From a virus (Duplodnaviria > Caudoviricetes), in IMG/VR virus record IMGVR_UViG_3300020442_003253, positions 1 through 60,655 of that record: a stretch of 60,655 nucleotides of DNA; one strand, 5' to 3'. How positions within the stretch are numbered: position 1 is the stretch's first letter; each line of letters opens with the position of its first letter. Positions 1 through 8,765 of the stretch are shown one piece after another. The notes beneath the pieces were generated by a model. It was not told the origin of the DNA, searched no databases, and saw nothing but the letters and a program-made list of their open reading frames with translations. The translations under genes and the position numbers were made by a program.

Positions 1-1
1 A

Positions 2-730
2 GTACATTGGGAAGATATTCACCTCCTCAAACCTAGCCAGTATGCCTGGCCTGCCGAGCTTGGTCGCCTCCTAGACTGTGAAACGGTTAATTACGCTCGC
101 CGTGGAGCCTGCTTCCAGCAGATAGCTAGACAGTGTGCTGAGGCACACAAAGCTATCAAGGCTACGGATACTGTCATAGTAATGTGGACATATTTAAGTA
201 GGATTAGTCTACAGTGGCCTGCTAGGACAGCAGTACCATTTGCAACTGTATGCGATAGAAATTGGGGATGGCAAACTGTGCAGCTAGGATTTAATAAACT
301 GTTTGGGCTAAGTCGTGCAGCTACTGCACAAAAGGATCACGATGAAGAGATACACGAATATATAGAAACTTCCGTACGCAACACCTATACTCCACCATTA
401 GGCGCATTTGATAGATACTATAACAACATGTTACTACAGCAGATGACTGATGGATTCTTACAGTCAACAGGAGCAAGGATAATACATTTATCTGTAGAAC
501 CAACTACATGTTTAGATCAGTTAAATCGCACTAGACTTGAACTTCATAAGTCACTGCAGCAATATGATCGCATATCTGAACCCACAGCATGGTATACACT
601 ATCTGTAGATCATTCTAGTTCACATGTGATACTAGATCCCCAAATTCCACTAGCACCAAATGACATGCATCCATCAGAGCAGCATCATCGTAATTTTGCA
701 CTGCATATTTGCAAGAAATATTTTACTTGA
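2..730 (+). CDS. SGNH/GDSL-like hydrolase/acyltransferase (5'-truncated by window edge)
   Basis: Frame is open from base 2 (VHWEDIHLLKPSQYAWPAELGRLLDCETVNYARRGAC...) into the listed 182..730 ORF; shares PSQYAWP..LGRL...N.A..GA, VMW and C-terminal D-x-H-P (NDMHPS) with the ORF at 1310. Confidence 0.7.
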   Translation, partial: VHWEDIHLLKPSQYAWPAELGRLLDCETVNYARRGACFQQIARQCAEAHKAIKATDTVIVMWTYLSRISLQWPARTAVPFATVCDRNWGWQTVQLGFNKLFGLSRAATAQKDHDEEIHEYIETSVRNTYTPPLGAFDRYYNNMLLQQMTDGFLQSTGARIIHLSVEPTTCLDQLNRTRLELHKSLQQYDRISEPTAWYTLSVDHSSSHVILDPQIPLAPNDMHPSEQHHRNFALHICKKYFT

Positions 731-1130
731 GTAATTGTACGGGCATTTGTGACACTGTAGCTTGTACAAGGTCTCCCGCCAAATCCCAATGTTCACTCAT
801 CATTTCAAACGGTTGTCTATGAATGCGTGAGTATGCTGAACGGCCTATTTCTCTATAGTACGAACGATGCATACCACGATGCTTCCTATATTGGGGGAAC
901 GCTCCGTAGACTAGCAGAGCTGCATCTCCTACCGTTTTACAGTCACGTGCTGATTCAGCGGTTAAATAAAGCTCTGCGAAAGTCTTGTCTAGCGTCACTC
1001 TAGGCTTATCAGTGTATTCAGCCATTACTGCTGTTGTGTACTGTTGCAGTTCGTATGGTAAGCACAGTCCTTGGGTTCGGATCACTTCTCTAACCAACTG
1101 TTCAAACATTTCTAAGTACTCTGCTTGCAT
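723..1130 (-). CDS. hypothetical protein (135 aa)
   Basis: Start moved to ATG at 1130 (MQAEYLEM), 4 nt downstream of a perfect TATAAATA; VGDAALLVYGAFP...YYREIGRSAY resembles a conserved bacterial hypothetical family (from memory). Confidence 0.7.
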   Translation of the reverse strand: MQAEYLEMFEQLVREVIRTQGLCLPYELQQYTTAVMAEYTDKPRVTLDKTFAELYLTAESARDCKTVGDAALLVYGAFPQYRKHRGMHRSYYREIGRSAYSRIHRQPFEMMSEHWDLAGDLVQATVSQMPVQLLK

Positions 1131-1134
1131 ACTG

Positions 1135-1142
1135 TATTTATA
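1135..1142 (-). promoter_or_regulatory. T4-type late promoter TATAAATA
   Basis: Exact T4 gp55 consensus on the minus strand, 4 nt before the ATG at 1130. Confidence 0.7.
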
Positions 1143-1309
1143 AGTAGGGGGAAGGAATATAAATGTGCCTAAAATTGTCAACCATTGTGTAAGGGGTGTT
1201 TTATCGTGTTGCAAATGGTGTTGAGTAAAGGTTGGAGAAAAATTGCGTTAATCGCCTGCGGGCTTACCGCTTAACGCTTCGCGCAAGAAATACTGCGCTA
1301 AATATCCAT

Positions 1310-1921
1310 ATGAGAATAATTGCTTTTGGATGCAGTATGACATTTGGTCAAGGACTGCCAGATTGTGTACAAGGTAAGAAAAGAGATTTGCCTAGTCAGT
1401 ATGCTTGGCCTAGTGTGTTGGGAAGATTAACAAGGAGACCTGTGATTAATCTTGCAGTACCTGGTGCAAGCAATTTAGAAATTTTACATACAATAAAAAA
1501 ATTCAGCAACACAATTGGATCCCATGATATTGTGTGTGTGATGTGGAGTTACATAGAAAGAAGTTGCGTAATCAAAAATGATTCTGTATTACAGATTGGG
1601 CCATGGATAGATAAGCCTTACAGTAGAGAATATTATAGATTACTTCATGATGCCAGTCATGATAGATTTATGTATCAATTGTATGTGCATCACGCAGACT
1701 ACACGTTAAGATCACATACAGATAATATCTTATATACTGAAGTTTTAGAATCTGGTGCTTTTCCTTTACAACTGCAATGTATGCCTGTAAATTATGGTAA
1801 TATACCAGTAGCTGAAGATCAACCTGCACATGATCTAGGAATAGATGGAATGCATCCTGGCATCATACAACATGAACGATTAGCAAAACAAATCCTGCCT
1901 TATGTCAGACCTTTTCTATAA
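1310..1921 (+). CDS. SGNH/GDSL-like protein
   Basis: MRIIAFGCSMTFG (block I with GCS), NLAVPGASN (block II), DGMHPG (block V); start at 1310 follows TAAATA at 1299-1304. Confidence 0.75.
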   Translation: MRIIAFGCSMTFGQGLPDCVQGKKRDLPSQYAWPSVLGRLTRRPVINLAVPGASNLEILHTIKKFSNTIGSHDIVCVMWSYIERSCVIKNDSVLQIGPWIDKPYSREYYRLLHDASHDRFMYQLYVHHADYTLRSHTDNILYTEVLESGAFPLQLQCMPVNYGNIPVAEDQPAHDLGIDGMHPGIIQHERLAKQILPYVRPFL

Positions 1922-2438
1922 TCCACAACTGTATTTTACACCAGCTGATTGTGCAGAAATATTTGCAAACCCTTTGCAATTTACTAAAGGTTGTTGGAGT
2001 AAATTCAATACCTGCATTAGGAGTGATTTAATAACAGATTTTTATACAACTAAGCATTGGAGTATAATCAAAAACAAAATGCCAGGATCGCATCTACATC
2101 GGATGGATCACCTCCATGCAGGGTTCACCTTACACTGTTTACCTCCTGGAACTTATTATGGTTGGCACACGGATGAGATTTCAAAAAAAGGTGTAAGTGT
2201 TAGATCAAGAACAGTGGTTATAACAGTTAAAAAAGGAATCAGCAGTTTACTGGAAACTGAAAAAGGTATTTTTGATTTACCAGAGGGTTGGGGTATACAG
2301 ATACCAATTGGAGATCAATATCAGATATTAGGACCACAGATTACGAAAGATAATCACGATAACGATCACTGGGTGTTAATAGGCTGGGGAATGCAAAGAC
2401 TAAGCGATTATTATTGGAAAAAGAATTTTGATAACTAG
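1902..2438 (+). CDS. 2OG-Fe(II) oxygenase-like protein, possibly degenerate
   Basis: YYGWHTD (H-x-D) followed by R-x-x-TVVI and a terminal VLIGW strand; distal His not evident. Confidence 0.5.
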   Translation: MSDLFYNPQLYFTPADCAEIFANPLQFTKGCWSKFNTCIRSDLITDFYTTKHWSIIKNKMPGSHLHRMDHLHAGFTLHCLPPGTYYGWHTDEISKKGVSVRSRTVVITVKKGISSLLETEKGIFDLPEGWGIQIPIGDQYQILGPQITKDNHDNDHWVLIGWGMQRLSDYYWKKNFDN

Positions 2439-2944
2439 TTAGGTCGGTTTTGTTTAGGAGGTAATAATCTTGTTGAGTCGATCTTATACAAGTCGAACAT
2501 TTCTCCGCCTTCGGATTTACTAGTTCCTAAACCACCTAGAGAATCACCTTCTTCACCAAATAAACTTTCCTCATCTTCTGTAGCTTGATTGAATGCACCT
2601 TCTACCCATGTGCCATTACGAGCCTGTTGCATCGCTGCTTCTAGCTGTGCATGCTGTTCTTCTGTGTAGGGTAATGAGTATGCACGGGGTTCTGTTTCAT
2701 TATCGTGCAGCACCCACATGAATATACGTGTATCAGAATTAATATAACCTAGCAGTGTAAATTTGTCTAGTGCATAACGTGTGGTAGGATAACCTAATAC
2801 GCTACCATAGAAAGTGTACAACCCAATTGCACAAGCTAAAGATACAGGTATTATATAATAGAGATGTACACTGCCTCTTGTGCTGATCATAGCATATATA
2901 ACTATCAATACAGCAACTATCGCGATAATTAAAAGGTATGTCAT
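2435..2944 (-). CDS. membrane protein, two N-terminal TM helices, acidic C-terminus
   Basis: Hydrophobic segments at about aa 3-20 and 27-48; start overlaps the upstream stop (TAATG). Confidence 0.75.
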   Translation of the reverse strand: MTYLLIIAIVAVLIVIYAMISTRGSVHLYYIIPVSLACAIGLYTFYGSVLGYPTTRYALDKFTLLGYINSDTRIFMWVLHDNETEPRAYSLPYTEEQHAQLEAAMQQARNGTWVEGAFNQATEDEESLFGEEGDSLGGLGTSKSEGGEMFDLYKIDSTRLLPPKQNRPN

Positions 2945-3591
2945 TAAAATCCTCCTGAACCTTGTGTTGTTGTTGGGCCTGTAGGAGCTTGAACTAATCT
3001 CTTAGGCAGTCTGTTAATTTTCACAGCAGCACCGTCCTTGTTTAGTGTGAATCTCACAAATGTTTCTTCCTGCCCACGAGCTTGTAGTGTTTTACTGTCA
3101 GTAAAAATAACCTGGAATGGATTTAGCCTGATAACTTCAATGTTAACATCAGCCGGAATACCTGTACCGTAAGATTCGGAACCAATGCTTGGACTACTGT
3201 AATAATGAGCATTAACTACATAGTCGCCTGGTTGTAGTGCTCGCAGTGTTACAATTTCTCTATTAAGGAATATCTTTTCCATCTTTCCGTTTGGCATTAC
3301 GTAATAATCATTACGCACTCCAAGATCGTCTTTGTCTAGATGTACATGCCCGGCGACAGTGTTTATGTAGCTGACTTTGCCATTAGGAGTTTCTACCCAG
3401 AGGTCAATATCGCCTTCGTGATCATCCTGCCAGCTCATTACGATCATTATCTCTGCTTTGTATTCTATTTCAGATGTTTTGGCAGGATTGTTAATCAATA
3501 AGAAGCTGATTAGGAACAGCATCACAAAACCAAGTATTAAGTTGAACAGTAAATCTATAAAGGCAAGATTTGATACGTAACGTCTATCCAT
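2944..3591 (-). CDS. MotB/ExbD-like single-TM protein with YfaP/DUF2135-like C-terminal domain
   Basis: AFIDLLFNLILGF with intramembrane Asp like ExbD PFIDV; SW...DIDLWVETPNG and HLDKDD motifs. Confidence 0.65.
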   Translation of the reverse strand: MDRRYVSNLAFIDLLFNLILGFVMLFLISFLLINNPAKTSEIEYKAEIMIVMSWQDDHEGDIDLWVETPNGKVSYINTVAGHVHLDKDDLGVRNDYYVMPNGKMEKIFLNREIVTLRALQPGDYVVNAHYYSSPSIGSESYGTGIPADVNIEVIRLNPFQVIFTDSKTLQARGQEETFVRFTLNKDGAAVKINRLPKRLVQAPTGPTTTQGSGGF

Positions 3592-4057
3592 CTACGTGCT
3601 CATCCACTAACACAAGTTGTAACTTTAATAGCACACTCGCAATCAAGCCAACCAGTGTAGTCCATAGAGCAGTTCCCATTCCTGTAGCCATCATACCTAG
3701 TGCTTCCTGTACACTTGCGGTATCTTCTACATTAATACCTGTAAACACTGTAGTCAACATATAGATAAATCCTACCACAGTTCCTATCATTCCTAAGCTC
3801 AGCATGGTTTCACCAGCGAACCATTCTGGATTGGTGCTAAATGTGTATCTGTCTTTATCACGGTCAAATCGGTGTAATCTGTAGCCTAGTCTTAGAGAGA
3901 ATAAGAAATATAATCCTATTATTACCCAGCTAATCTTAGTAATGTCACTCTTGTACAAGCTGTCTAGGAATCCAAATGTCCAGCTGAGATACATTACCAA
4001 TACACTTACACAGAGTACCGTATACCATTTAAGTCGAGTTTGTATGTTTTCATTCAT
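3584..4057 (-). CDS. MotA/TolQ/ExbB proton-channel family protein
   Basis: LGMIGTVVGF and GMGTALWTTLVGL match the ExbB/TolQ channel helices, including both conserved Thr. Confidence 0.85.
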   Translation of the reverse strand: MNENIQTRLKWYTVLCVSVLVMYLSWTFGFLDSLYKSDITKISWVIIGLYFLFSLRLGYRLHRFDRDKDRYTFSTNPEWFAGETMLSLGMIGTVVGFIYMLTTVFTGINVEDTASVQEALGMMATGMGTALWTTLVGLIASVLLKLQLVLVDEHVDG

Positions 4058-5700
4058 CAGTTATTTATCTCACCCCATTGTTTAAAAGTGTAACACTTGG
4101 TGTCTACGGTGTGTATATAATCCGATCTATCCTGTGTGCGGATGCGTCCTTGGCCATATACGATGTCATAATCTCTATATGCTACTGGTCTCTGTACTGT
4201 AACGTCTATGTATTCGCCATAACCTGTACCTAGTGTAAGGAATGTTACCCAGCGGCCATTAGTACCGCGGAATGCACGACCATTAGCTACAATGCCTGCA
4301 AACTCTACACGGTCAAGCCACTGCTGCCGTACACCCAACCCATCCGGAAATCCTCGATGCCACCAGCCCGGCTCTGCAGGTACTTTCACCCTGTGTGCTT
4401 CACAGTTGTACACCCAGCGCCTGTAACTGCCTTGGCAATGTTTTAGACATGCTGCCCAGAACTTACGTTTGTTATGTGCTTTCTGATATGCCAATGCCCA
4501 GATAAGTCTTCCTAAGTTAACAGCATGCGCCCTGCACAATCCAAAGCCACTTAGCTCTTGTAGTGCAGCAATAGCTTCCTGCTTGCGTGGGTGATCGCCT
4601 ATCCGCTGCATAAATTCAAGTATCCTTGAATCGTTCTTCTTTGCAAATGCACGGCGATACATGTCTGCTTCGTAGTTGTCTACATCTATTATATCACTGA
4701 TAATCTCAATAGCATCATCCTCAAACACTATTGAGTCCTGTACTGCTTCTCTGCTCCAGTCGTGGAACATAGCAGCCTTCTGCCTACCTGACAGTGCTAC
4801 TGGACGTATCAGTGCAGTAGCAAACACACAATCTTCTACGCTCTGTGGTTGTAGCGCACGGAATAGCCTACGCATCGCAGGGGACTCGCCTTGCGTAACA
4901 CCTAGTACATCTCCCCTGCACAACAGTTCACTTGTAGCAGGATCCGTGCGTGGATAGTCTGCAAGTGCTGTATCCGGATCTATCTCTAGCAGTTGCGACA
5001 ATCCACGATTAGCTAGGATATCTACCTTAAGGTGCTCTAGGTCTTCTACTTCGTATTTGTCCAGTAGTATTTGATTATCTGCTGATATAAGGCTTTTAGG
5101 TAACTGGCGTGTAAACATTACTACACCGCCACAGTGCTTGCTTATACAACGCTTCTTGCCCAAGAGCTTGCGTTCTATACGTTTAGCTTCTTTAGGATCC
5201 ACACCCGCAGATTCATACGTAAATCCACGCTTTAGTGCTCCTGTAGCGCCCAAACGCTTTGCTGCTTCTCTACGTGCGCTCTTTTCTTTATATGTAACGT
5301 AGTTGCTTAAACGTGCAGTTTTACCAGGCCATTTTTTAAATATCCTCTGCATAACTTCATTCTGCCTGTGATGTTCAAAGTCTATGTCAACATCAGGCAA
5401 GTCGTCACGCATTGGATTCATAAAACGTGCAACTGGTATACGCCACTGTACAGGATCAACATCTGTAATACCAAGTAGGTAACAGATGAGGCTAGAGCCT
5501 GCGCTGCCACGTGTCATGTGTGTGAGGTCGTCTGTGAGATCTATTATATCACATATTTGGAGGAAGTAATCTGTGAAGCGTTGATTGAGGATTAGTTCGA
5601 ATTCTTCTACTAGTCTTAGCTTATATTCTTCGCCTTGTGGTATGGGTCTTTTGAAGCGACCCATGAGCCTTTCTATATTATCTAAATCTGTATTTGCCAT
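4057..5700 (-). CDS. dnaE: DNA polymerase III alpha-like (family C), compact, no PHP domain
   Basis: TRGSAGSS, LLGITDVDP, RFMNP.R..PDVDIDF, KHCGGVV, KVDIL, ALIRP, FGLCRAHA; short OB-like C-terminus. Confidence 0.9.
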   Translation of the reverse strand: MANTDLDNIERLMGRFKRPIPQGEEYKLRLVEEFELILNQRFTDYFLQICDIIDLTDDLTHMTRGSAGSSLICYLLGITDVDPVQWRIPVARFMNPMRDDLPDVDIDFEHHRQNEVMQRIFKKWPGKTARLSNYVTYKEKSARREAAKRLGATGALKRGFTYESAGVDPKEAKRIERKLLGKKRCISKHCGGVVMFTRQLPKSLISADNQILLDKYEVEDLEHLKVDILANRGLSQLLEIDPDTALADYPRTDPATSELLCRGDVLGVTQGESPAMRRLFRALQPQSVEDCVFATALIRPVALSGRQKAAMFHDWSREAVQDSIVFEDDAIEIISDIIDVDNYEADMYRRAFAKKNDSRILEFMQRIGDHPRKQEAIAALQELSGFGLCRAHAVNLGRLIWALAYQKAHNKRKFWAACLKHCQGSYRRWVYNCEAHRVKVPAEPGWWHRGFPDGLGVRQQWLDRVEFAGIVANGRAFRGTNGRWVTFLTLGTGYGEYIDVTVQRPVAYRDYDIVYGQGRIRTQDRSDYIHTVDTKCYTFKQWGEINN

Positions 5701-5759
5701 TGTGCCTTTCTTTGCCTCTATGGCAAATATTTACTTCCTAGTAGGTGTAAGGCACAATG
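5698..5759 (-). promoter_or_regulatory. start-codon-sequestering hairpin with internal late promoter in the dnaE leader
   Basis: 11-bp perfect inverted repeat CATTGTGCCTT (5698-5708) / AAGGCACAATG (5749-5759); GTAAATA lies between the arms on the minus strand. Confidence 0.7.
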
Positions 5760-5765
5760 ATCTGA

Positions 5766-6599
5766 TTAGCCTACAAAAGCTTTCTCTACTACATAATCTC
5801 CTGGAGTTCCTGTGTTACCTTCTGCAAATCCATTTGCATCAAGTACACGTTTTAGATCTTCATTAAACTCCATACTGCCACAAAGCATTACACGATCTTG
5901 TTGAGGATCCATTTCTCCTAGCAATACCTTATCATCGATAAGTTCTGTGATGCGTTTTTGATATCCTATGAACAATTCGTCTCTTGTTACAATAGGAAAT
6001 AAATTTAAATCATAACCTGTTAAGTCTGCTCTATATGCTTTAAGTTCATCTTGCTCTCTAACACTCCATGCCACGTTAACTTCTGCAAAGACATTAAAGA
6101 TATCTTTCTGTCTTACTAGACTCATAAAAGGTGCAATACCTGTTCCTGTTGCAAGTAACCAAAGCCTGCGACCTGGCTTTAGGTTTTCTAATAACAGGGT
6201 GCCTGTTGCCTTAGTACCTACTTCAACTGTATCACCAGGCTGAATATTTTTTAGCCTTGAAGTAAGTGCTCCGTCAGGCACCTTGATCGAATAAAATTCT
6301 AAATGATTATCTGTAGGAGAACTGGTAATCGAATAAGCCCTGCGTACCTTATCACCAAGGCCAATCATTACAAACTCACCTGCTTTAAATGTGTATCCTA
6401 CTGGCTTGTCTGTAACAAATCTAAACAGTGTATCGGTATAGTGTTGTACTTCTCTAACCATTACAACATGTTTATCGTTTTTTGGTTTTTCAGCAACCTG
6501 TTCTGCTTGCAGTACTAATAGTTCTGCTTGCCATTCTGCTTCTGATAAAGCATGCCATCCTCTACAAAAATCTGGACTTCGTCCGCATCCACACGCCAT
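5766..6599 (-). CDS. fpr: ferredoxin/flavodoxin-NADP+ reductase with N-terminal CDGSH-like motif
   Basis: RAYSITS, GALTSRL, ATGTGIAPF, VMLCGS, VEKAF; N-terminus CGCGRSPDFCRGWH; AAGGAG SD. Confidence 0.9.
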   Translation of the reverse strand: MACGCGRSPDFCRGWHALSEAEWQAELLVLQAEQVAEKPKNDKHVVMVREVQHYTDTLFRFVTDKPVGYTFKAGEFVMIGLGDKVRRAYSITSSPTDNHLEFYSIKVPDGALTSRLKNIQPGDTVEVGTKATGTLLLENLKPGRRLWLLATGTGIAPFMSLVRQKDIFNVFAEVNVAWSVREQDELKAYRADLTGYDLNLFPIVTRDELFIGYQKRITELIDDKVLLGEMDPQQDRVMLCGSMEFNEDLKRVLDANGFAEGNTGTPGDYVVEKAFVG

Positions 6600-6608
6600 A
6601 GTTCTCCT

Positions 6609-8036
6609 TTAGTCTGATTCAGTGTTTAGGTTATTTAAGAATTCTTTAAGTTTTGTACTGTCAGTCTTGGCTTTGATCTTACCTACTGTATCTCCTTCTG
6701 CAGGATCCTCTCTTACTGTTTCCTGTTGTGTTTGTGCAGTCCTTTTGATCTGATCAAACACTGTGCTCTTACGTTTGTTAAATTCTTGATAGTCTTCGTC
6801 TTCATTCATATCACGTATACGCAGATTATCAATATCAAATTCTAAATCTACTTTACTACCGACACCACTTGAGTTACGTGTTTTCATTAGCTGTATCTGA
6901 TATCTACCACGCTCTCGCATAGCCCTACTTGTAAAGATACCTATTACATTATCCGCAGTTTGTATCTTACTAAGTCCGCCAGATATGTGCGAATGATCAA
7001 ACTCTATCTCCTCTACGCTTGCCCTGTTTAACTGACTAGCTGTAACAAACAGTGTATTAGTTTCCATTGCTAGATTACGTAGTTCTTCACTTACATATTT
7101 GTCCTTAACAAACAAGTTCTCTGCTGATATACGTTTAGCAATAGGCATCATTAGATCTAAGTAATCAACAAGTATTACTTCAATCTTACGTCCTGTCTTA
7201 ACTTCAAACTCTTTAATGTAACTACGTAGATCATTTGCAGTCTTACCGCTTGGCATATACTTGACCTGGAAAGCACCGGACTTCTTCCCTATCATCCTTA
7301 CTTTCATTTCCACATCGTCTATGCTTTTAAATATTTCTCTGCTGGGTATGTCAGTAACCATACTGTCAAGCCTCATGCTTACAATATTTTCACTAAGCTC
7401 AAATGTTAAGTATAGCACATTAAGTCCCGCAAGCGCCCAGTTCACTCCTAGATTAGCTAAGAACAAACTCTTACCAGCACCACTACCGCCTGCAAATATG
7501 TTAAGCTCTCCCCTGTTAAATCCTCCAAACAATCTTTTATCTAGTGTAGCCCAACCTGTGCTAACCTGTCCGTTGCGGCTTTTTATTTCTTCTAGTCTTG
7601 TACGAGGATCTCTCCAATAGTCTGTTCCTAGGTCTTTCTGCAATCCTATCTGTACTGCTTTCTTAACTAAATCTTCAACAGGTCCATACTCGCCTTTCTC
7701 TAGTAAGTCTGCTGACTTGAGGATTGCATCTTCTAATGCTTTATGCCTGCTAAATGTTTCAAACTCCTGTAACAGCCAATCATAGTGTTGTTCTTGTAGT
7801 GTACCAGGATTTTTTAAATCACATTTAGCTGCAGCATTAATCATGTCAAACGTAGGCAATGCGTTATGCTCTGCTACATAATCTTTTAAGAATTCTGCAG
7901 CAGGTTGCAAACGCCTATCAAACGTCTTTGGTTCAAATACACCTTGACATCTTACATAGCTTTCGGCATCTGTAAGGAACATCTCAAGATATACCTTTTG
8001 TATATCGTATCCGTAATCTACATTTTGTCTTGACAT
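6609..8036 (-). CDS. gp41: replicative DnaB-family helicase (T4 gp41-like)
   Basis: GGSGAGKS Walker A, LTFELSE, LVDYLDLM, TASQLNR, LMKTRN. Confidence 0.92.
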   Translation of the reverse strand: MSRQNVDYGYDIQKVYLEMFLTDAESYVRCQGVFEPKTFDRRLQPAAEFLKDYVAEHNALPTFDMINAAAKCDLKNPGTLQEQHYDWLLQEFETFSRHKALEDAILKSADLLEKGEYGPVEDLVKKAVQIGLQKDLGTDYWRDPRTRLEEIKSRNGQVSTGWATLDKRLFGGFNRGELNIFAGGSGAGKSLFLANLGVNWALAGLNVLYLTFELSENIVSMRLDSMVTDIPSREIFKSIDDVEMKVRMIGKKSGAFQVKYMPSGKTANDLRSYIKEFEVKTGRKIEVILVDYLDLMMPIAKRISAENLFVKDKYVSEELRNLAMETNTLFVTASQLNRASVEEIEFDHSHISGGLSKIQTADNVIGIFTSRAMRERGRYQIQLMKTRNSSGVGSKVDLEFDIDNLRIRDMNEDEDYQEFNKRKSTVFDQIKRTAQTQQETVREDPAEGDTVGKIKAKTDSTKLKEFLNNLNTESD

Positions 8037-8048
8037 TTATTCAAATAT

Positions 8049-8765
8049 TTAAATATATTTTTTTTCTTGCAACCAAGGTATGATAACCTGGTCTGTAAAT
8101 AGTTTATGCTGTTCACTTGTTGGGTGAATACCGTGTTTCGGAATTATAATATCAGTATTTTCTTTACACCATTCGTAGCAACCTTTATTACCTAGTATAA
8201 AAGGATTCCAGTTTATTAAATTTATAAGATGCTCTGTTACAGGACTAGCATGTATATCTTCTAAGACACTATCCATATAAGTAAGCATAAAATATTTAAT
8301 GTTGTACTTTTCTAACAACAATTGTGTATATAAAATATATTCTAAAGTTTTTATAACACCGAACATAGGATCATAAAATCTATAAGTATTCATGGCATAC
8401 GGATTTTTCCAGCGAGCATTTTGTATAACCCATCCACCTGGATCATTTTCTACAAAATTGTCAGGATTTACCAACCAACCATCATAATTCCGTGATCTCA
8501 ATTTATGTATGATATGTTGATCAGTTGTATAAAATTCACTTCGACTAGTTCCACTCCACATGATGCCAACAAGGATATTTTCATAATCATCTTGCTGTGA
8601 TATTTCATAAATTAATTTTCTGGCAATTAGACCGTTACCTTGACTCCCCATAGAACAGTTAGTCCATGAAGACGGTTGTAAAATTTTATTCAGTTGTGCA
8701 GTCCACGGTTGTACCCCTCCTGTATATGTTTCTCCAAAACTACAGGCACTAGTTATTAAAATCAT
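8049..8765 (-). CDS. SGNH/GDSL-like protein
   Basis: LITSACSF (block I variant), N.SMGSQGN, GIMWSG..R, GIHPTSEQH. Confidence 0.65.
   Translation of the reverse strand: MILITSACSFGETYTGGVQPWTAQLNKILQPSSWTNCSMGSQGNGLIARKLIYEISQQDDYENILVGIMWSGTSRSEFYTTDQHIIHKLRSRNYDGWLVNPDNFVENDPGGWVIQNARWKNPYAMNTYRFYDPMFGVIKTLEYILYTQLLLEKYNIKYFMLTYMDSVLEDIHASPVTEHLINLINWNPFILGNKGCYEWCKENTDIIIPKHGIHPTSEQHKLFTDQVIIPWLQEKKYI

Noticed and set aside
1232-1309. N-terminal extensions given in the ORF track (also 1131-1214, 19213-19275, 29876-29890)
   Set aside because: Downstream ATGs match family N-termini and sit directly after late-promoter motifs.
2944-4057. Complete Zorya defence system
   Set aside because: No long ZorA tail, no OmpA-like ZorB domain, and no ZorC/D/E genes nearby.
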